Source: Eledone cirrhosa
Taxonomy: Eukaryota
NCBI GenBank assembly: GCA_964016885.1
Contig: OZ024740.1
Span: 88,226,001 to 88,290,000 of the forward strand
Direction of reading: 5' to 3'
DNA length: 64,000 nt
Position 1 is the stretch's first letter, and every line of letters starts with the position of its first letter. Below the pieces are notes generated by a model. That model saw only the letters and a program-made list of their open reading frames with translations. It was not told where the DNA came from and ran no database searches. Below, one piece after another: positions 43,291-56,898 of this stretch. The translations under genes were made by a program, and so were the position numbers.

Positions 43291-43667
43291 GTGTGTGTGT
43301 GCGTGTGTGTGAGGAAATCAAACAAAGATCTTTTGGGGGAATTTTTCTTGGGGCTGCTTTTGAAATATATATACATATATATAATTCTTTTTTTTGTTAC
43401 GTGCTCTGTGTTTTTTTGTGTGTGTGTGTAGGGGTGTGTGTGTGTGTGTGTTTATTTGTGTGTATCAGTATGTGTGTTTGCATCTGTGCGTAAATAAAAA
43501 AAAACACAAGAGCAAGAATGAGGGTCTCATTCTACTGACATGGCTTTAAAATTGACGGTGTTTGCATAATTGCAAACGAATCGAATATTATTATTAATAT
43601 TCGAAAAACTCAGATTACATTTATATATATATATATATTACATTTATATATATACATTTATACAGAT

Positions 43668-43704
<37 letters not shown>

Positions 43705-43717
43705 CATTTATACAGAT

Positions 43718-43763
<46 letters not shown>

Positions 43764-43852
43764 ACGAAGGAGGTGTGGTAAGGAACCAGATGGACCATAA
43801 CGCACCAGAGTACTCAATACTTAGGGTAGTAGAGTCTGTAGTAGGAAAATGT

Positions 43853-43952
43853 TTAACCCCGACGGCAGAGCTCAAGCCGTTTCGACGGCTATTTCAGGAC
43901 TAAATTAGAATTTTTAGCGTGATAATAAATATCCGAACTTTTCAAGGGGTAA
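43853..43952 (-). ncRNA. Type I hammerhead ribozyme, U3-A8 core variant with a full stem III
   Basis: Minus strand: TTACCCC-TTGAAAA-long stem II-GAAA-CGGC(TTGAGCTCT)GCCG-TC-GGGGTTAA, with a GUC cleavage site. A more degenerate inverted copy is at 45575-45674 (+). Confidence 0.8.
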
Positions 43953-44569
43953 TTCCTTATATGGGAAGATTGTAGTTGACAAAAGGATTGGTCAACATTT
44001 CTTGTAAACACAATTAAATCTTTCATGGCAGTGGGTGGGAAGTGGGGGTCGCTGCACTTGCCTGTAGTATAATAAGAGAGTGGGTGGAGCCGGTCAAGCG
44101 TTGAAAGTGAATTCTATACAGCAAATTCTACGGAGTGTGTATGAAATTAGGCTTGTTAGGAAGCAGGCGAAAAAGGATTCTGGATGAATTTTAGAGTGGG
44201 ACTTTATAGAATTAAAAGATTAGTAAATTGAGATTAAAAGATAATAAATAAAAAAAGTAAAAATATTAAAATTAAATAGTAAAAAGTAATAAAACTCTCT
44301 AGAGTCTAAAGCAACTGCTAGCTGGTATTGCGTTTTCGGACAATGCTATATGTAATTTACTGGGGTAGGGGTACTGAGGCTACACAATTCCGATGAGCTG
44401 CCTTGGAGTAGGCGAAAGAGAAAAAAGGAAAAGGAAGAGGAGAGGGAGTGGAAGGAAGTGATAAGAAGAGATAAAGGGAAAAAGAAAAGAAAAAGAAAAG
44501 AAATACATCTACCTATGTATGCTGGGGTTTCCCCCTATCATGTTCGGTAAGTGGGGAAAAGAAGGATGT

Positions 44570-45475
44570 TGCAGCCATTGTAAACCCACCCGGGTCATGA
44601 GGAGGTTTGAGGGCGAGGTAAGTCCTACGCAATCGGTGTTTACATGCAGTTACAAGTTCATCTTTTTTGCTTAGGAGTTGGTCCTTCGTAAACAGTAAGC
44701 TCTAAGTAAGAATGTATGTTATGTTATTATCTTGGAGGTCCAAGATGTGGCCCGAAAGTGTAGTGGCATGTCGCTGGGCTGGGTTTCGGAACGTATGTCA
44801 GTTAATCCTATATAGGCTTTGCTGGAGGTTTCCGTCCTCAAGTTGCATTGGTAGATCACGTTACGTTCTCGGCATCTGTAGTTGAGGGGACACGTAGATC
44901 TATCAGGGCAGTTACACCTCCTGGTCGGCTCTCCACTAATGTCTAGGTTGTTTCATCCATAGGGGTTGAGTTTCTTGTTGTTTGAGGAGGCGATGTTTTG
45001 TGCGACGTTGGGTGTGGTGCTGTAGGAGAGTTTGATGGTGTTTTTGTTGATTATGTTGTGGTAGCTGTGTTGTGGTGGGAAGTGTTTTTCGAGGAGCCTA
45101 AAGAAGATTTTTCCGATTGGTGTTGCCACCTCGGCATTGTGGGGAGGGTTGAACCACGTTACGTGGCTTGAGCGGCGACGTCGCCTGCTGGTTCCGCTAA
45201 GGGAAGCTGGATAAAAGGAGATTTCCTCCCGAAAGCCGCTTCGCTTGAGGGCCTGGTTGTAATGAGGCGCATATTCATCGAATATCTGCTCATTAGCAGG
45301 CAAACGAGATATGCGGAGGGAGATGTTTTTAACCAGGTTATTTGTGATGTTTCTGGGATGGTTAGAGCGGCGGTGGATGTAGTGAAGGTTCTCGTTTGGT
45401 TTCCTGTATGGGTAGTACAGATCATTTTCGAGGTTGAGGGTAATGTCCAGGAAATTGTTCTACAGGCAAGTTCAG
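44570..45475 (-). pseudogene. PLE RT-thumb/linker/endonuclease remnant (WFNPP-type), frameshifted
   Basis: Reads YNQALKRSGF...RRRRSSHVTWFNPPHNAEVATPIGKIFFRLLEKHFPPQHSYHNIINKNTIKLSYSTTPN. Downstream broken frames contain Cys-rich segments and ELVTACKHR. Confidence 0.8.
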
Positions 45476-45683
45476 CCACCCCCACCTCCCAGCCACTGCC
45501 ATGAAAGATTTAATTCTGTTTACAAGAAATTTTGACCAATCCTTTTTACAACTACAATCTTCCCATATAAAGAATTAGCCCTTGAAAAGTTCGGCTATTT
45601 ATTACCACGCTAAAAATTCTAATTTAGTCCAGAAATAGCCCTTGAAACGGCTTGAGCTCTGCCGTCGGGGTTAAACATTTTCT

Positions 45684-45718
<35 letters not shown>

Positions 45719-46013
45719 AAACAAAATGAAAACGAAATTTCATTTCTCACTCTTAGTATGGCACTTACTTAAATGTAAGTATGCATGTATACGTACATAC
45801 ATATATGTATACAGACGTACAGTAGCATGCACATATATATATATATATACATATATATATACATATGCATACAGGTACACATACATATATGCACGTATCA
45901 GTTTAGCGGCGCTAACGTCGCTTTGTTCGTTTGTAAACAAACTGAACAGCCTGAATTTATGCCATACGGTGTTAAGGCAACCACGTCACCTTTTTGTTCA
46001 ACACTGACACAGG

Positions 46014-46058
46014 AACGATGTACTAGTTTCAAGCTTGTTAGCTATCATCAGCACCGTT
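46014..46058 (-). ncRNA. Type I hammerhead ribozyme in the 466-bp unit (second minus-strand copy at 46480-46524)
   Basis: Reverse complement of the motif at 46820-46864. Confidence 0.88.
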
Positions 46059-46819
46059 TACCCATCTGCCAGATAGTTGAACGTTCGAAAGTATATACTT
46101 TCCTTATGAAAATTAACGGCTGAGCAGCCTAATTTGCATATTGAGTGAGTTAAATCGGTCAGGCATACCGAAAACGATAAATTGAAACAAAATGAAAACG
46201 AAATTTCATTTCTCACTCTTAGTATGGCACTTACTTAAATGTAAGTATGCATGTATACGTACATACATATATGTATACAGACGTACAGTAGCATGCACAT
46301 ATATATATATATATACATATATATATACATATGCATACAGGTACACATACATATATGCACGTATCAGTTTAGCGGCGCTAACGTCGCTTTGTTCGTTTGT
46401 AAACAAACTGAACAGCCTGAATTTATGCCATACGGTGTTAAGGCAACCACGTCACCTTTTTGTTCAACACTGACACAGGAACGATGTACTAGTTTCAAGC
46501 TTGTTAGCTATCATCAGCACCGTTTACCCATCTGCCAGATAGTTGAACGTTCGAAAGTATATACTTTCCTTATGAAAATTAACGGCTGAGCAGCCTAATT
46601 TGCATATTGAGTGAGTTAAATCGGTCAGGCATACCGAAAACGATAAATTGCCATACTAAGAGTGAGAAATGAAATTTCGTTTTCATTTTGTTTCAATTTA
46701 TCGTTTTCGGTATGCCTGACCGATTTAACTCACTCAATATGCAAATTAGGCTGCTCAGCCGTTAATTTTCATAAGGAAAGTATATACTTTCGAACGTTCA
46801 ACTATCTGGCAGATGGGTA

Positions 46820-46864
46820 AACGGTGCTGATGATAGCTAACAAGCTTGAAACTAGTACATCGTT
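46820..46864 (+). ncRNA. Type I hammerhead ribozyme in the 466-bp unit (also at 47286-47330, 47752-47796 and 48238-48282)
   Basis: AACGGTG-CTGATGA-TAGC(TAACAA)GCTT-GAAA-CTAG-TA-CATCGTT. 7-bp stem I, canonical core, palindromic minimal stem III, GUA cleavage predicted after 46857. Confidence 0.9.
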
Positions 46865-47960
46865 CCTGTGTCAGTGTTGAACAAAAAGGTGACGTGGTTG
46901 CCTTAACACCGTATGGCATAAATTCAGGCTGTTCAGTTTGTTTACAAACGAACAAAGCGACGTTAGCGCCGCTAAACTGATACGTGCATATATGTATGTG
47001 TACCTGTATGCATATGTATATATATATGTATATATATATATATATGTGCATGCTACTGTACGTCTGTATACATATATGTATGTACGTATACATGCATACT
47101 TACATTTAAGTAAGTGCCATACTAAGAGTGAGAAATGAAATTTCGTTTTCATTTTGTTTCAATTTATCGTTTTCGGTATGCCTGACCGATTTAACTCACT
47201 CAATATGCAAATTAGGCTGCTCAGCCGTTAATTTTCATAAGGAAAGTATATACTTTCGAACGTTCAACTATCTGGCAGATGGGTAAACGGTGCTGATGAT
47301 AGCTAACAAGCTTGAAACTAGTACATCGTTCCTGTGTCAGTGTTGAACAAAAAGGTGACGTGGTTGCCTTAACACAGTATGGCATAAATTCAGGCTGTTC
47401 AGTTTGTTTACAAACGAACAAAGCGACGTTAGCGCCGCTAAACTGATACGTGCATATATGTATGTGTACCTGTATGCATATGTATATATATATGTATATA
47501 TATATATATATGTGCATGCTACTGTACGTCTGTATACATATATGTATGTACGTATACATGCATACTTACATTTAAGTAAGTGCCATACTAAGAGTGAGAA
47601 ATGAAATTTCGTTTTCATTTTGTTTCAATTTATCGTTTTCGGTATGCCTGACCGATTTAACTCACTCAATATGCAAATTAGGCTGCTCAGCCGTTAATTT
47701 TCATAAGGAAAGTATATACTTTCGAACGTTCAACTATCTGGCAGATGGGTAAACGGTGCTGATGATAGCTAACAAGCTTGAAACTAGTACATCGTTCCTG
47801 TGTCAGTGTTGAACAAAAAGGTGACGTGGTTGCCTTAACACCGTATGGCATAAATTCAGGCTGTTCAGTTTGTTTACAAACGAACAAAGCGACGTTAGCG
47901 CCGCTAAACTGATACGTGCATATATGTATGTGTACCTGTATGCATATGTATATATATATG

Positions 47961-47997
<37 letters not shown>

Positions 47998-48521
47998 GTG
48001 CATGCTACTGTACGTCTGTATACATATATGTATGTACGTATACATGCATACTTACATTTAAGTAAGTGCCATACTAAGAGTGAGAAATGAAATTTCGTTT
48101 TCATTTTGTTTCAATTTATCGTTTTCGGTATGCCTGACCGATTTAACTCACTCAATATGCAAATTAGGCTGCTCAGCCGTTAATTTTCATAAGGAAAGTA
48201 TATACTTTCGAACGTTCAACTATCTGGCAGATGGGTAAACGGTGCTGATGATAGCTAACAAGCTTGAAACTAGTACATCGTTCCTGTGTCAGTGTTGAAC
48301 AAAAAGGTGACGTGGTTGCCTTAACACCGTATGGCATAAATTCAGGCTGTTCAGTTTGTTTACAAACGAACAAAGCGACGTTAGCGCCGCTAAACTGATA
48401 CGTGCATATATGTATGTGTACCTGTATGCATATGTATATATATATGTATATATATATATATATGTGCATGCTACTGTACGTCTGTATACATATATGTATG
48501 TACGTATACATGCATACTTAC

Positions 48522-48660
<139 letters not shown>

Positions 48661-49078
48661 AGTATATAATATAAAGTATAACATCACAAAACACATCTCA
48701 CACTCTTTTGAAGCCATACAATTACAATAAAATAATATTTTATTTTATCATCCAATGATAGAGGAAATTAACAACAAAAACATGCAAATCTTCGCTAATA
48801 TTTATATACTGTACAATGTTTTCTGGAAACACCATGCAGCATATTAACCAATTTATGGAAACATGATTATGTTTAACGTCCATCAAAACAGTGTATATCA
48901 TATCAAATGTCCACGACGTCCTGAAACTCACAATATATCAAATGTTGGACATCTCAGGTGTCTCTATTTGAATACTTAAATTCATAGATGTGCTTCATAC
49001 AGAGATTGCATTTAGATAAATACAAGCAAAACTCTTTATGTATTAATGCAAATGGGCGTTTAACTCTCTCAAAATAAT

Positions 49079-49262
49079 TGTTTCTACTTTAGGCACAAGG
49101 CCAGCAATTACCCAGTGCATTACTGGTACTTTATTTTATCGACCCCGTAAGGATGAAAGGCAAAGTCAACCTCGGCGAGATTTGAACTCAGATCGTAAAG
49201 GGACGTAACTATGCTGGAAAGCATGGCGTCCGACCCTCTATCGATACTGCCAATCCACCGCC
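49079..49262 (-). mobile_element. tRNA-derived SINE with a 17-bp target-site duplication
   Basis: B-box GAGTTCAAAT and body CGCCGAGGTTGACTTTGCCTTTCATCC...AGTACCAG. TSD AACTCTCTCAAAATAAT at 49062-49078 and 49263-49279. Confidence 0.9.
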
Positions 49263-49358
49263 AACTCTCTCAAAATAATGAAAACCTTTGAGACAAGCAA
49301 ATTTAATAATAGCAATTTGACAGAAAGTGTTTCATACTATTATTATAGCCCTAAAAAG

Positions 49359-49570
49359 GACGGTGGTTTACCTGTGTCGTTAGGGCGTCTGACAACATGC
49401 TTTATGGCATAGAGTTACGCTTCTTTACGATCTGAGTTCAAATCATGCCGAGGTTAAATTTGCCTTTCATCCTTATGGGGTTGATAAAATAAAGTACCAG
49501 TAATGCACTAGGGTCGATTCAATCGACTTTCCCTTCTCCCCAAATTGTCGGCCTTGTGTCTAAATCAGAA
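49359..49570 (+). mobile_element. tRNA-derived SINE (same superfamily) with a ~23-bp imperfect TSD
   Basis: TGAGTTCAAATC and TTTGCCTTTCATCC..GATAAAATAAAGTACCAG. Flanks are ACTATTATTATAGCCCTAAAAAG (49336) and ACTATTATTATGGCACTAAAAAG (49571). Confidence 0.88.
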
Positions 49571-49638
49571 ACTATTATTATGGCACTAAAAAGTAAGTAA
49601 ATATTAACTGGAAGAGTATTAACAAGTATGATGAAACT

Positions 49639-50104
49639 CAACTGTCCCCAACCATTTTGCCCCACATACCGATGTCATGCAAAACAATTTCTCCCCAGAC
49701 TGAGGGGTGATGTCGGAGTCGGTCACACGCATAACACAACACAATAAGCAATAAACTGCATATATAATATGCAATTTTATTATTAATTTAATTATTACAT
49801 CTATACTGTCAACTCAACATAAAGCAGAATAAGTGGGAGCCTTGAGCTTGTTTGCCTGCAACTAGACAATCCCGTCTTTTCCTCTTTTCAAAGAAGCTCT
49901 CCAGGGAGATTTGTTTCCTACTCATTTTCGCATGAAAAAAAAAAAAAAAAAAAGAAAAAACTGCGACTGTTACTAACAGAAGTAGTCATTTAAAATAAAA
50001 ACATCCGGTAGTCCACGATATTCAATAAAATGGAAAAAAGATGTTTATTCGTTGTGTGTTGCCCGTAACCAAATAGTCCACGGGCCGGTGTTTGGGGACC
50101 GCTG
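49639..50104. mobile_element. Non-autonomous hAT-Charlie-like DNA transposon relic
   Basis: Imperfect TIRs CAACTGTCCCCAAC and TTTGGGGACCGCTG. The internal AGTGGGAGCCTTGAGCTTGTTTGCCTGCAACTAGAC recalls the MER1/Charlie3 type. Confidence 0.65.
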
Positions 50105-50857
50105 CTCTAACTGTAAAGAAAAAAGACAAAAAGGGCAAAAAGGAAAACTGTGACAATATTATTGGGTATTACACCCGCAAATTAATGTTAATATACTTTA
50201 TATCGAACATAACGAAGAAATGAACTATGAATCATTTAATACGAATGTATATAGATAGACTGAAAATAGCGTACTGTTATTAATACTGCTCAAGTATTTC
50301 TATGGGGTTAAAGATAAGATGATCCTTTCGTGAATATTAACGAAATTCCTATTATGGAATTAGAACAGAGAAATTGTTATGTAATGTCAATTTTTCGGTC
50401 ACTTAAGTGGTCTATGTTTTAAATTCCCAATATTGAGAGCTTTAATTCTATATTGCTGTGAGAATGGTTTGTAACTCAACTAAGAAAATACAGTAGGCTA
50501 CATTTTCCATTGCTGAAAAAATAAACGGAAACCCAAATCAGTAGTAGAGTATGATACGAAGTATTTCTATAGCTTAGATAAACTTCGAATATGATTGTAA
50601 TACTTATGAAATCATGATATCAAAATATGAAGCTCTTTTGGATGTGATTCGAGAGGATATCACTTGAAAATCAAAATAACTCATTTACAAACGGATAACA
50701 ATTTGATGTACAAATTTAATAGATTATCTACGTTGTAATTTCATAAATCCATTATAGATATTAAAAAATATCTATTTTTGAGGAAAGAATCACTCATCAA
50801 ACATTCTATCACTGTTTTCTACCACTTACCAATGTGAACAGTTTCCGCAACATTAAA

Positions 50858-51046
50858 TGGTTGATTGGCAGTATCGGTAGAGGGTCAGACGCCATGCTTT
50901 GACGCATAGAGTTACGGCCCTTGCCATTCTGAGTTCAAATCCCGCCGAGGATAACTTTGCCTTTCATCCTTACGGGGTCGATAAAATAAAGTACCAGTAG
51001 TACACTGGGATAATTGCTGGCCTTGTGCCAAAAGTAGAAACAATTA
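50858..51046 (+). mobile_element. tRNA-derived SINE (family of 49079-49262)
   Basis: High similarity to the reverse complement of 49079-49262. B-box GAGTTCAAATCC. Confidence 0.9.
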
Positions 51047-52208
51047 AATTTAGCAAAGAGCCATTTATCAGCTAGACATGTAAAGCAGTTAAGAATTGTC
51101 AAATCACCAGTTCTATCCAACATGGAATGTCAGATAAGATGAAAGATAAGACATTTCATAAGTTCATAAGTTCAAACAACTATACGCTAATACATTGCTG
51201 ATGGTTCGGTATTTAGATCGTTATAATTATCTGGTTAATTAATACCTTATAACATTGTACTAAATGTGACTTAGTTAGAGCACTAAATATGTTAAATTTC
51301 AATTGCTCGTTGCTTTTCCCATGTAAACGTCAGTACAATTTCACTTTAAGTTTACTCAATTAGCTGAATGCTTTTGTAAAAAAAAAAAAATTATCTTAAT
51401 TTGACTGTTTCGCAGCTTTTTCTAAAAATATCGACACAGTATAGTTACAAAAAAAAAAGCAACCATTGTTAATGTCGCAGTTAACATTGTTTCACCCCCC
51501 CCCCCCAAAAAAAAATAAATGCGTTAAAAAACAGTAGTAACTTTTCTCTGAATATTAAAAACAATTCTTCCTCACCAAACCTCGGAATCCACATTAATTC
51601 TACAAGCGTATAAATGGAATTAGATGCGATATGATCTTTGATCATATCATGTATAGTTCCATTTATAGCAATAAACTTGCCTTGTGCACGCAACCACACC
51701 CTCTGCTGCTCACATAATCACAATAACACCATCTTCGCATTCTTTTTAAAATTAAAATAAAGATACTAAATGTGGACATGATGAATAAAAAAAAATTAGA
51801 CAATATGATAATTCAAATTTATAAAACTTTATATGTCAATGTCTATATAGTTGTATGTAACTATGGCTGTTCAACCCAATGTCAGCCTGAGGCAGTAGAT
51901 CTATGACCAAAGAACCTCCAGCTTCGTATTTTATTTAATTTAACTTATTTAATTTAACTTATTTAAATTGACTATGAAATATTTCTCATTTCGAAATAAA
52001 AATGAGAATTCAAGACCCTATAATGTGTATCTGTGTCTATGTATGATCATATCTGCCAAAGAGTATATATTTAGATATAGATTTAATTTATGTACATTCA
52101 TTACAAATAGTCATTGGGGAAGTATCTTCTGCCATAGTCACGAGTTGGTGAAATTTGGAGTTTACCCTGTATATATATACACATATAAGTGTACCTGTGT
52201 GTGTGTGT

Positions 52209-52252
<44 letters not shown>

Positions 52253-52447
52253 GTGTGTGTGTGTGTGCGTGTGTGTTTATATAGGGATTGTAACGTCCAG
52301 TTACTGTCATTACCACAACAGACGTCCGACGAGCTTTTGATTCCAGAGTCGGGCTAGATCGATACAGATCGAACCTTGAGCTGATCAATAGCGAATCACT
52401 CGTTACTATACAATAAACGTAATGAAGACATAACAAATCGCCCTTTT

Positions 52448-52514
<67 letters not shown>

Positions 52515-52521
<7 letters not shown>

Positions 52522-52590
52522 TAAAATAACAGATTAAAGTTTAAGCAAATAATCGCCGCTTTCACCCTTAACGGGATCTTCTGAATAAAT
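52515..52590 (-). ncRNA. HHR-like motif with variant core CAGAAGA in a PLE pLTR fragment
   Basis: Minus strand: CAGAAGA-TCCC(GTTAA)GGGT-GAAA-GC...GC-TT-AAAC. Homologous to 62967-63019 and abuts (TA)n. Confidence 0.55.
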
Positions 52591-53989
52591 ATACACATCA
52601 AAATCTGATGAATCCAGTTAGATCAGAATCTAACTGAATCCTCATTGCACGCCTATATTGTGATCAGCACCAGAACCTACAGGCAAACAGGTATTGCCTG
52701 GTTTGTGCAAGAAATGCAACATTCCCGACTGGTGCGCTATAAAACCATACAATACACTATTGCCCGTTGGATTGCATAATAATAGTCATTTATATAGCGG
52801 GACAGAAGATCAGCATTTTGGACTTATTCGTTTGACCAGCTACTCATTTAAATTTCTTTTCAATTAAAATTGTTTGGAGGTAAAATCTAGTAAGTACAAA
52901 ACTACTTTAAAGAAAAGATAGAAATATATTCTCATAAATAAAATATTAAAGCATAAGCTTTGTCGTATCTTATGAAATTTCCCTTGTATAATATAATAAA
53001 GAAATGTTATCTTTTCACTCTGCTTCAATTACTTTTTTTTTTATTAACCCAGCACGTGTTTAAAGAATAAATAATTTAGAGTCGCCTATACGAAGGAAAA
53101 AAGATAACAAATCGAAAAACAAAACAAAAAAAAGATTGCAAAAACACGAAACACAGAAAAAACCTAACTTAACGTTAGCATATTTTACGAAAGAATAGTT
53201 AACAACCTGACTTGAAATAATTTTAAAGAGAAGAATAATTAATATCAGTCAATGACTAATAATGATTTCTAGTATCATTATTATAATTGTTTCTACTTTT
53301 ATTTTCGAAACATGTGCGGAGTTATTTGCTGTATCTGTCAAATAAATGAAAACACTACTAGTTATTGCTGGGTTTTTTCTTCAACGCATAATAATTACTA
53401 GTTAACCTTTTAATGTCCGTAATCTAGTTAACCTTTTAATACATTGATTATGTTAATTGACTGAACTAGTTCGTTAACTCGGGTTAATGCACACAAACAT
53501 AATTCAAATTCGCAACCGCCAGGCATTGAGCATGAGAACATATTTTGAAGTGAAATCAACAAGGACAGCAGTGTAAATGCTTCCAATCTCTAAAGAAGCC
53601 CAATAAAGCTACTTCTATGATATTTGTCATCCTAAAAGAACATATGTGACATTACAGTTATGTTGAAAATTATTCTGCCAAGTTATGTTTGGAGAGAATT
53701 TTATTTGCTTTTACCTTCGCCCTCTATCATTACGCCACTGCTTGTGGTATGTCGACTAAGTTACTTTGATATATCACTCAATGCATAGTAGAAGTATATG
53801 ATTGCTAATTTACCACGGCCTGATGCTATAAACGTAAGGTGGGGGGTCATGTTTGTAGCCACCGAGAAAAACGGACACCAAAGACAGTATGACCTCGGCT
53901 TGAAATGCCAGTTGAATTCTTCGTTTGATTAACTACTTTTGAGAGATGTTTTTGCTCAAATACAGAAGGCCAAGGTTAACAACCGATTC

Positions 53990-53997
53990 TAGCAACG

Positions 53998-54041
<44 letters not shown>

Positions 54042-54054
54042 AGCAATAACAACA
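53990..54054. repeat. (AAC)n microsatellite
   Basis: Direct reading. Confidence 0.95.
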
Positions 54055-54395
54055 TATTTTGAAATATGATAGGAAATATACAGTCGACTGATTTTCCTCG
54101 AGTACATTACTGCTATATATATATTTTTTTTTTATCTATCTATAACAGATAAAAGACAAATATTTGACATCAATGTCCTCGAACTAGTGATTGAACAAAA
54201 TAAATCATATATAATAGTGATCTAGAAATACTAGGAAGAAATCATAAAATGGAAAAAAATATATATGTAAAATCACAGTCATAAATACATTCATACATAC
54301 ATACTTCCATACATACATAGTTTTATAAATAAATACATAAATACATCGCACAGACATATGTCCCTATATACATACCTTTATACACATATACATAA

Positions 54396-54438
<43 letters not shown>

Positions 54439-54624
54439 CTTTTGTACATATATACATATTTACTTACACACATGCATGCTACACATATATACAGACATTT
54501 ATACATACATATATACTGGTTTATATATATAGAAATACAAACACAAACAGAGCAAATGTTTGGGAAAAAACACAAAACGTGTCAGTCACCCGCATATACA
54601 TATTTAAAAGTAAATTGAGCAACG

Positions 54625-54707
<83 letters not shown>

Positions 54708-54918
54708 TTCAAGGGCGGGTAAAATTCCCGAGATCCATGGACGAGTTCTCTCATACATATAATCATATAATCATACATATGCATATATTTATATATAGGT
54801 ATGTTTATGGTGCACATATATAGAAATACTGGAAGATACACATACACCATACACACATAAATGGTCAGATATACCGACATAAATACATATATACATATAC
54901 ACACAAATATATATATAT

Positions 54919-55228
<310 letters not shown>

Positions 55229-55250
55229 CCCCCCCCATATATATATATAT

Positions 55251-55630
55251 ATAATATAAGATCAAAAGAAGGTTAAAAGAGTTCCAAGTATTTTATTATG
55301 CGCATTTCAAAAACAAATATCATCATGGGATGATATCTGCGTTCTCATCAGATATAATAGGGAGACATGATATGAAGCTTAAAAAAAACTTACTGCTCAC
55401 AAGTGTTTTTTAAGCTTCATATCATGTCTCCCTATTTTATCTGATGAGAACGCAGATATCACCCCATGATGATATTTGTTTTTGAAATGCGCATAATAAA
55501 ATACTTGAAACTCTTTTAACCATCTTTTGATCTTATATTATTTATACTCCAGTCCTATAAACTGTAGAGTGCTACTTATCCGATATTTGCATTGCTTTAT
55601 TGTGCTACAATAAAACTCACCTCCTACATA
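55251..55630 (+). mobile_element. Solo pLTR palindrome (~140-bp arms, 9-nt loop) plus tail
   Basis: 55251-55391 pairs with 55401-55541. Tail 55542-55630. Flanked by TA runs. Confidence 0.85.
55433..55503 (+). ncRNA. Type I hammerhead ribozyme (inverted copy at 55289-55359)
   Basis: TATTTTAT-CTGATGA-long stem II-GAAA-TGCGCA-TA-ATAAAATA. Perfect 8-bp stem I, palindromic stem III, AUA site. Confidence 0.88.
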
Positions 55631-55987
55631 TCTATATATATATATATATGTAAATATTTGTATACATATATATATATATGTGCATATATCCATCATTTGC
55701 TCACGTGTTCATGTATATGCATACACATACGCATAAATGTATATGTTTGTGCGAATATGTGTATATATAAATGTTAAATGTGATTGTCTATATATATTAA
55801 TATATGCGCCTTCTTTTTGTATTGAAAGCCACACATTATTTCATTCATATATGAATACTATTAGACAAATACATACATAAAATATACATATAAATCGAAA
55901 GTCAAACATTAAGACCATACGGACACACAAACACACGCAGACACACGCAGACACACGCAGACACACGCAGACACACACACACACGCA

Positions 55988-56059
<72 letters not shown>

Positions 56060-56595
56060 TATATAGAGACTATAGAAGTAGGCATATTTCATACAAGAAG
56101 AAGACATTATGTATAGCCTATCGTCAAATGACTGCAACAATCCCGGCCCACACCCATCAGAATCGATAATATTGGCAACTGTCCTTTGCCCACATCAGTG
56201 GACTGTAAATATAAAGAACGGAGACAGCAAGATTTATTTGCAAGGATCCTTGACCCTAATCCGTTGAACTTTGCTACTGATGTCTACACACGGATACTGG
56301 TGGTTGATGCCACAGTGACAGTCAATGTTGGAAAGATGTGTGGTTTGCAGTTTAGGAGTTGGTTACTGGGTAAACATACACACGCAATGACACACACGAA
56401 CCCCCCCCCCCCCCACATACTAATAATAACAACAACAACAATTGTGATCATAATAATAATATTAACAATAATAATAATAATATGAAGAAGAAGGCGAAGA
56501 AAAAGAAGAGAAATTGGGTTAATGTGCATCTATATGTGGTGAGAGAAATTTGTTTAGCGTGTGCAGTTATCATATATATATATATATATTTATAT

Positions 56596-56642
56596 ATTCC
56601 TGATGATTTCTAAAGAATGAAACAGTTCTAGTCCTGTAGAAT
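56596..56642 (+). ncRNA. Type I hammerhead ribozyme, isolated in (TA)n
   Basis: ATTC-CTGATGA-TTTC(TAAA)GAAT-GAAA-CAG(TTCTAGTC)CTG-TA-GAAT, with a GUA site. Confidence 0.85.
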
Positions 56643-56717
56643 CTCATCTATATTAAAACTATATATATATATATATACTGAGAGAGGGAGAGAGAGTCAG
56701 AGAGTGACAAAGAGAAA

Positions 56718-56898
56718 TAATTGTTTCTACGTTAGGCACAAGGCCAGCAATTACCCAGTACATTACTGGTACTTTATTTTATAGACCCCGTAAGGATGAA
56801 AAGCAAAGTTAACCTCGGCGGGATTTGAACTCAGATCATAAAGGACCGTAACTCTTTGCTGAAAAGCATGGCGTCCGACCCTCTACCGATACTGCCAA
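56718..56898 (-). mobile_element. tRNA-derived SINE (family of 49079-49262)
   Basis: Near-identical to 49076-49252. Confidence 0.9.

Larger units (their letters stand above)
43762..45683 (-). mobile_element. 5'-truncated, degraded Penelope-like element with a 3' pLTR and an inverted 5' pLTR
   Basis: 43845-44049 is the reverse complement of 45478-45682 (moderately diverged). A minus-strand coding remnant lies between them. Tail 43762-43844. Flanked by (TA)n. Confidence 0.88.

Noticed and set aside
44385-44425. HHR-like CCGATGA...GGCGAAA
   Set aside because: No convincing stems I and III, and it is antisense to the host PLE.
52322-52410. HHR-like CCGACGA-GCT...AGC-GAAT, plus CTGATGA with a hairpin at 52605-52640
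   Set aside because: The core is incomplete (no GAAA, or no stem I/III). At best these are decayed copies.
56100-56345. Higher-complexity stretch with an open frame, possible exon
   Set aside because: No recognisable domain or clear splice sites, and the ORF runs into microsatellite.
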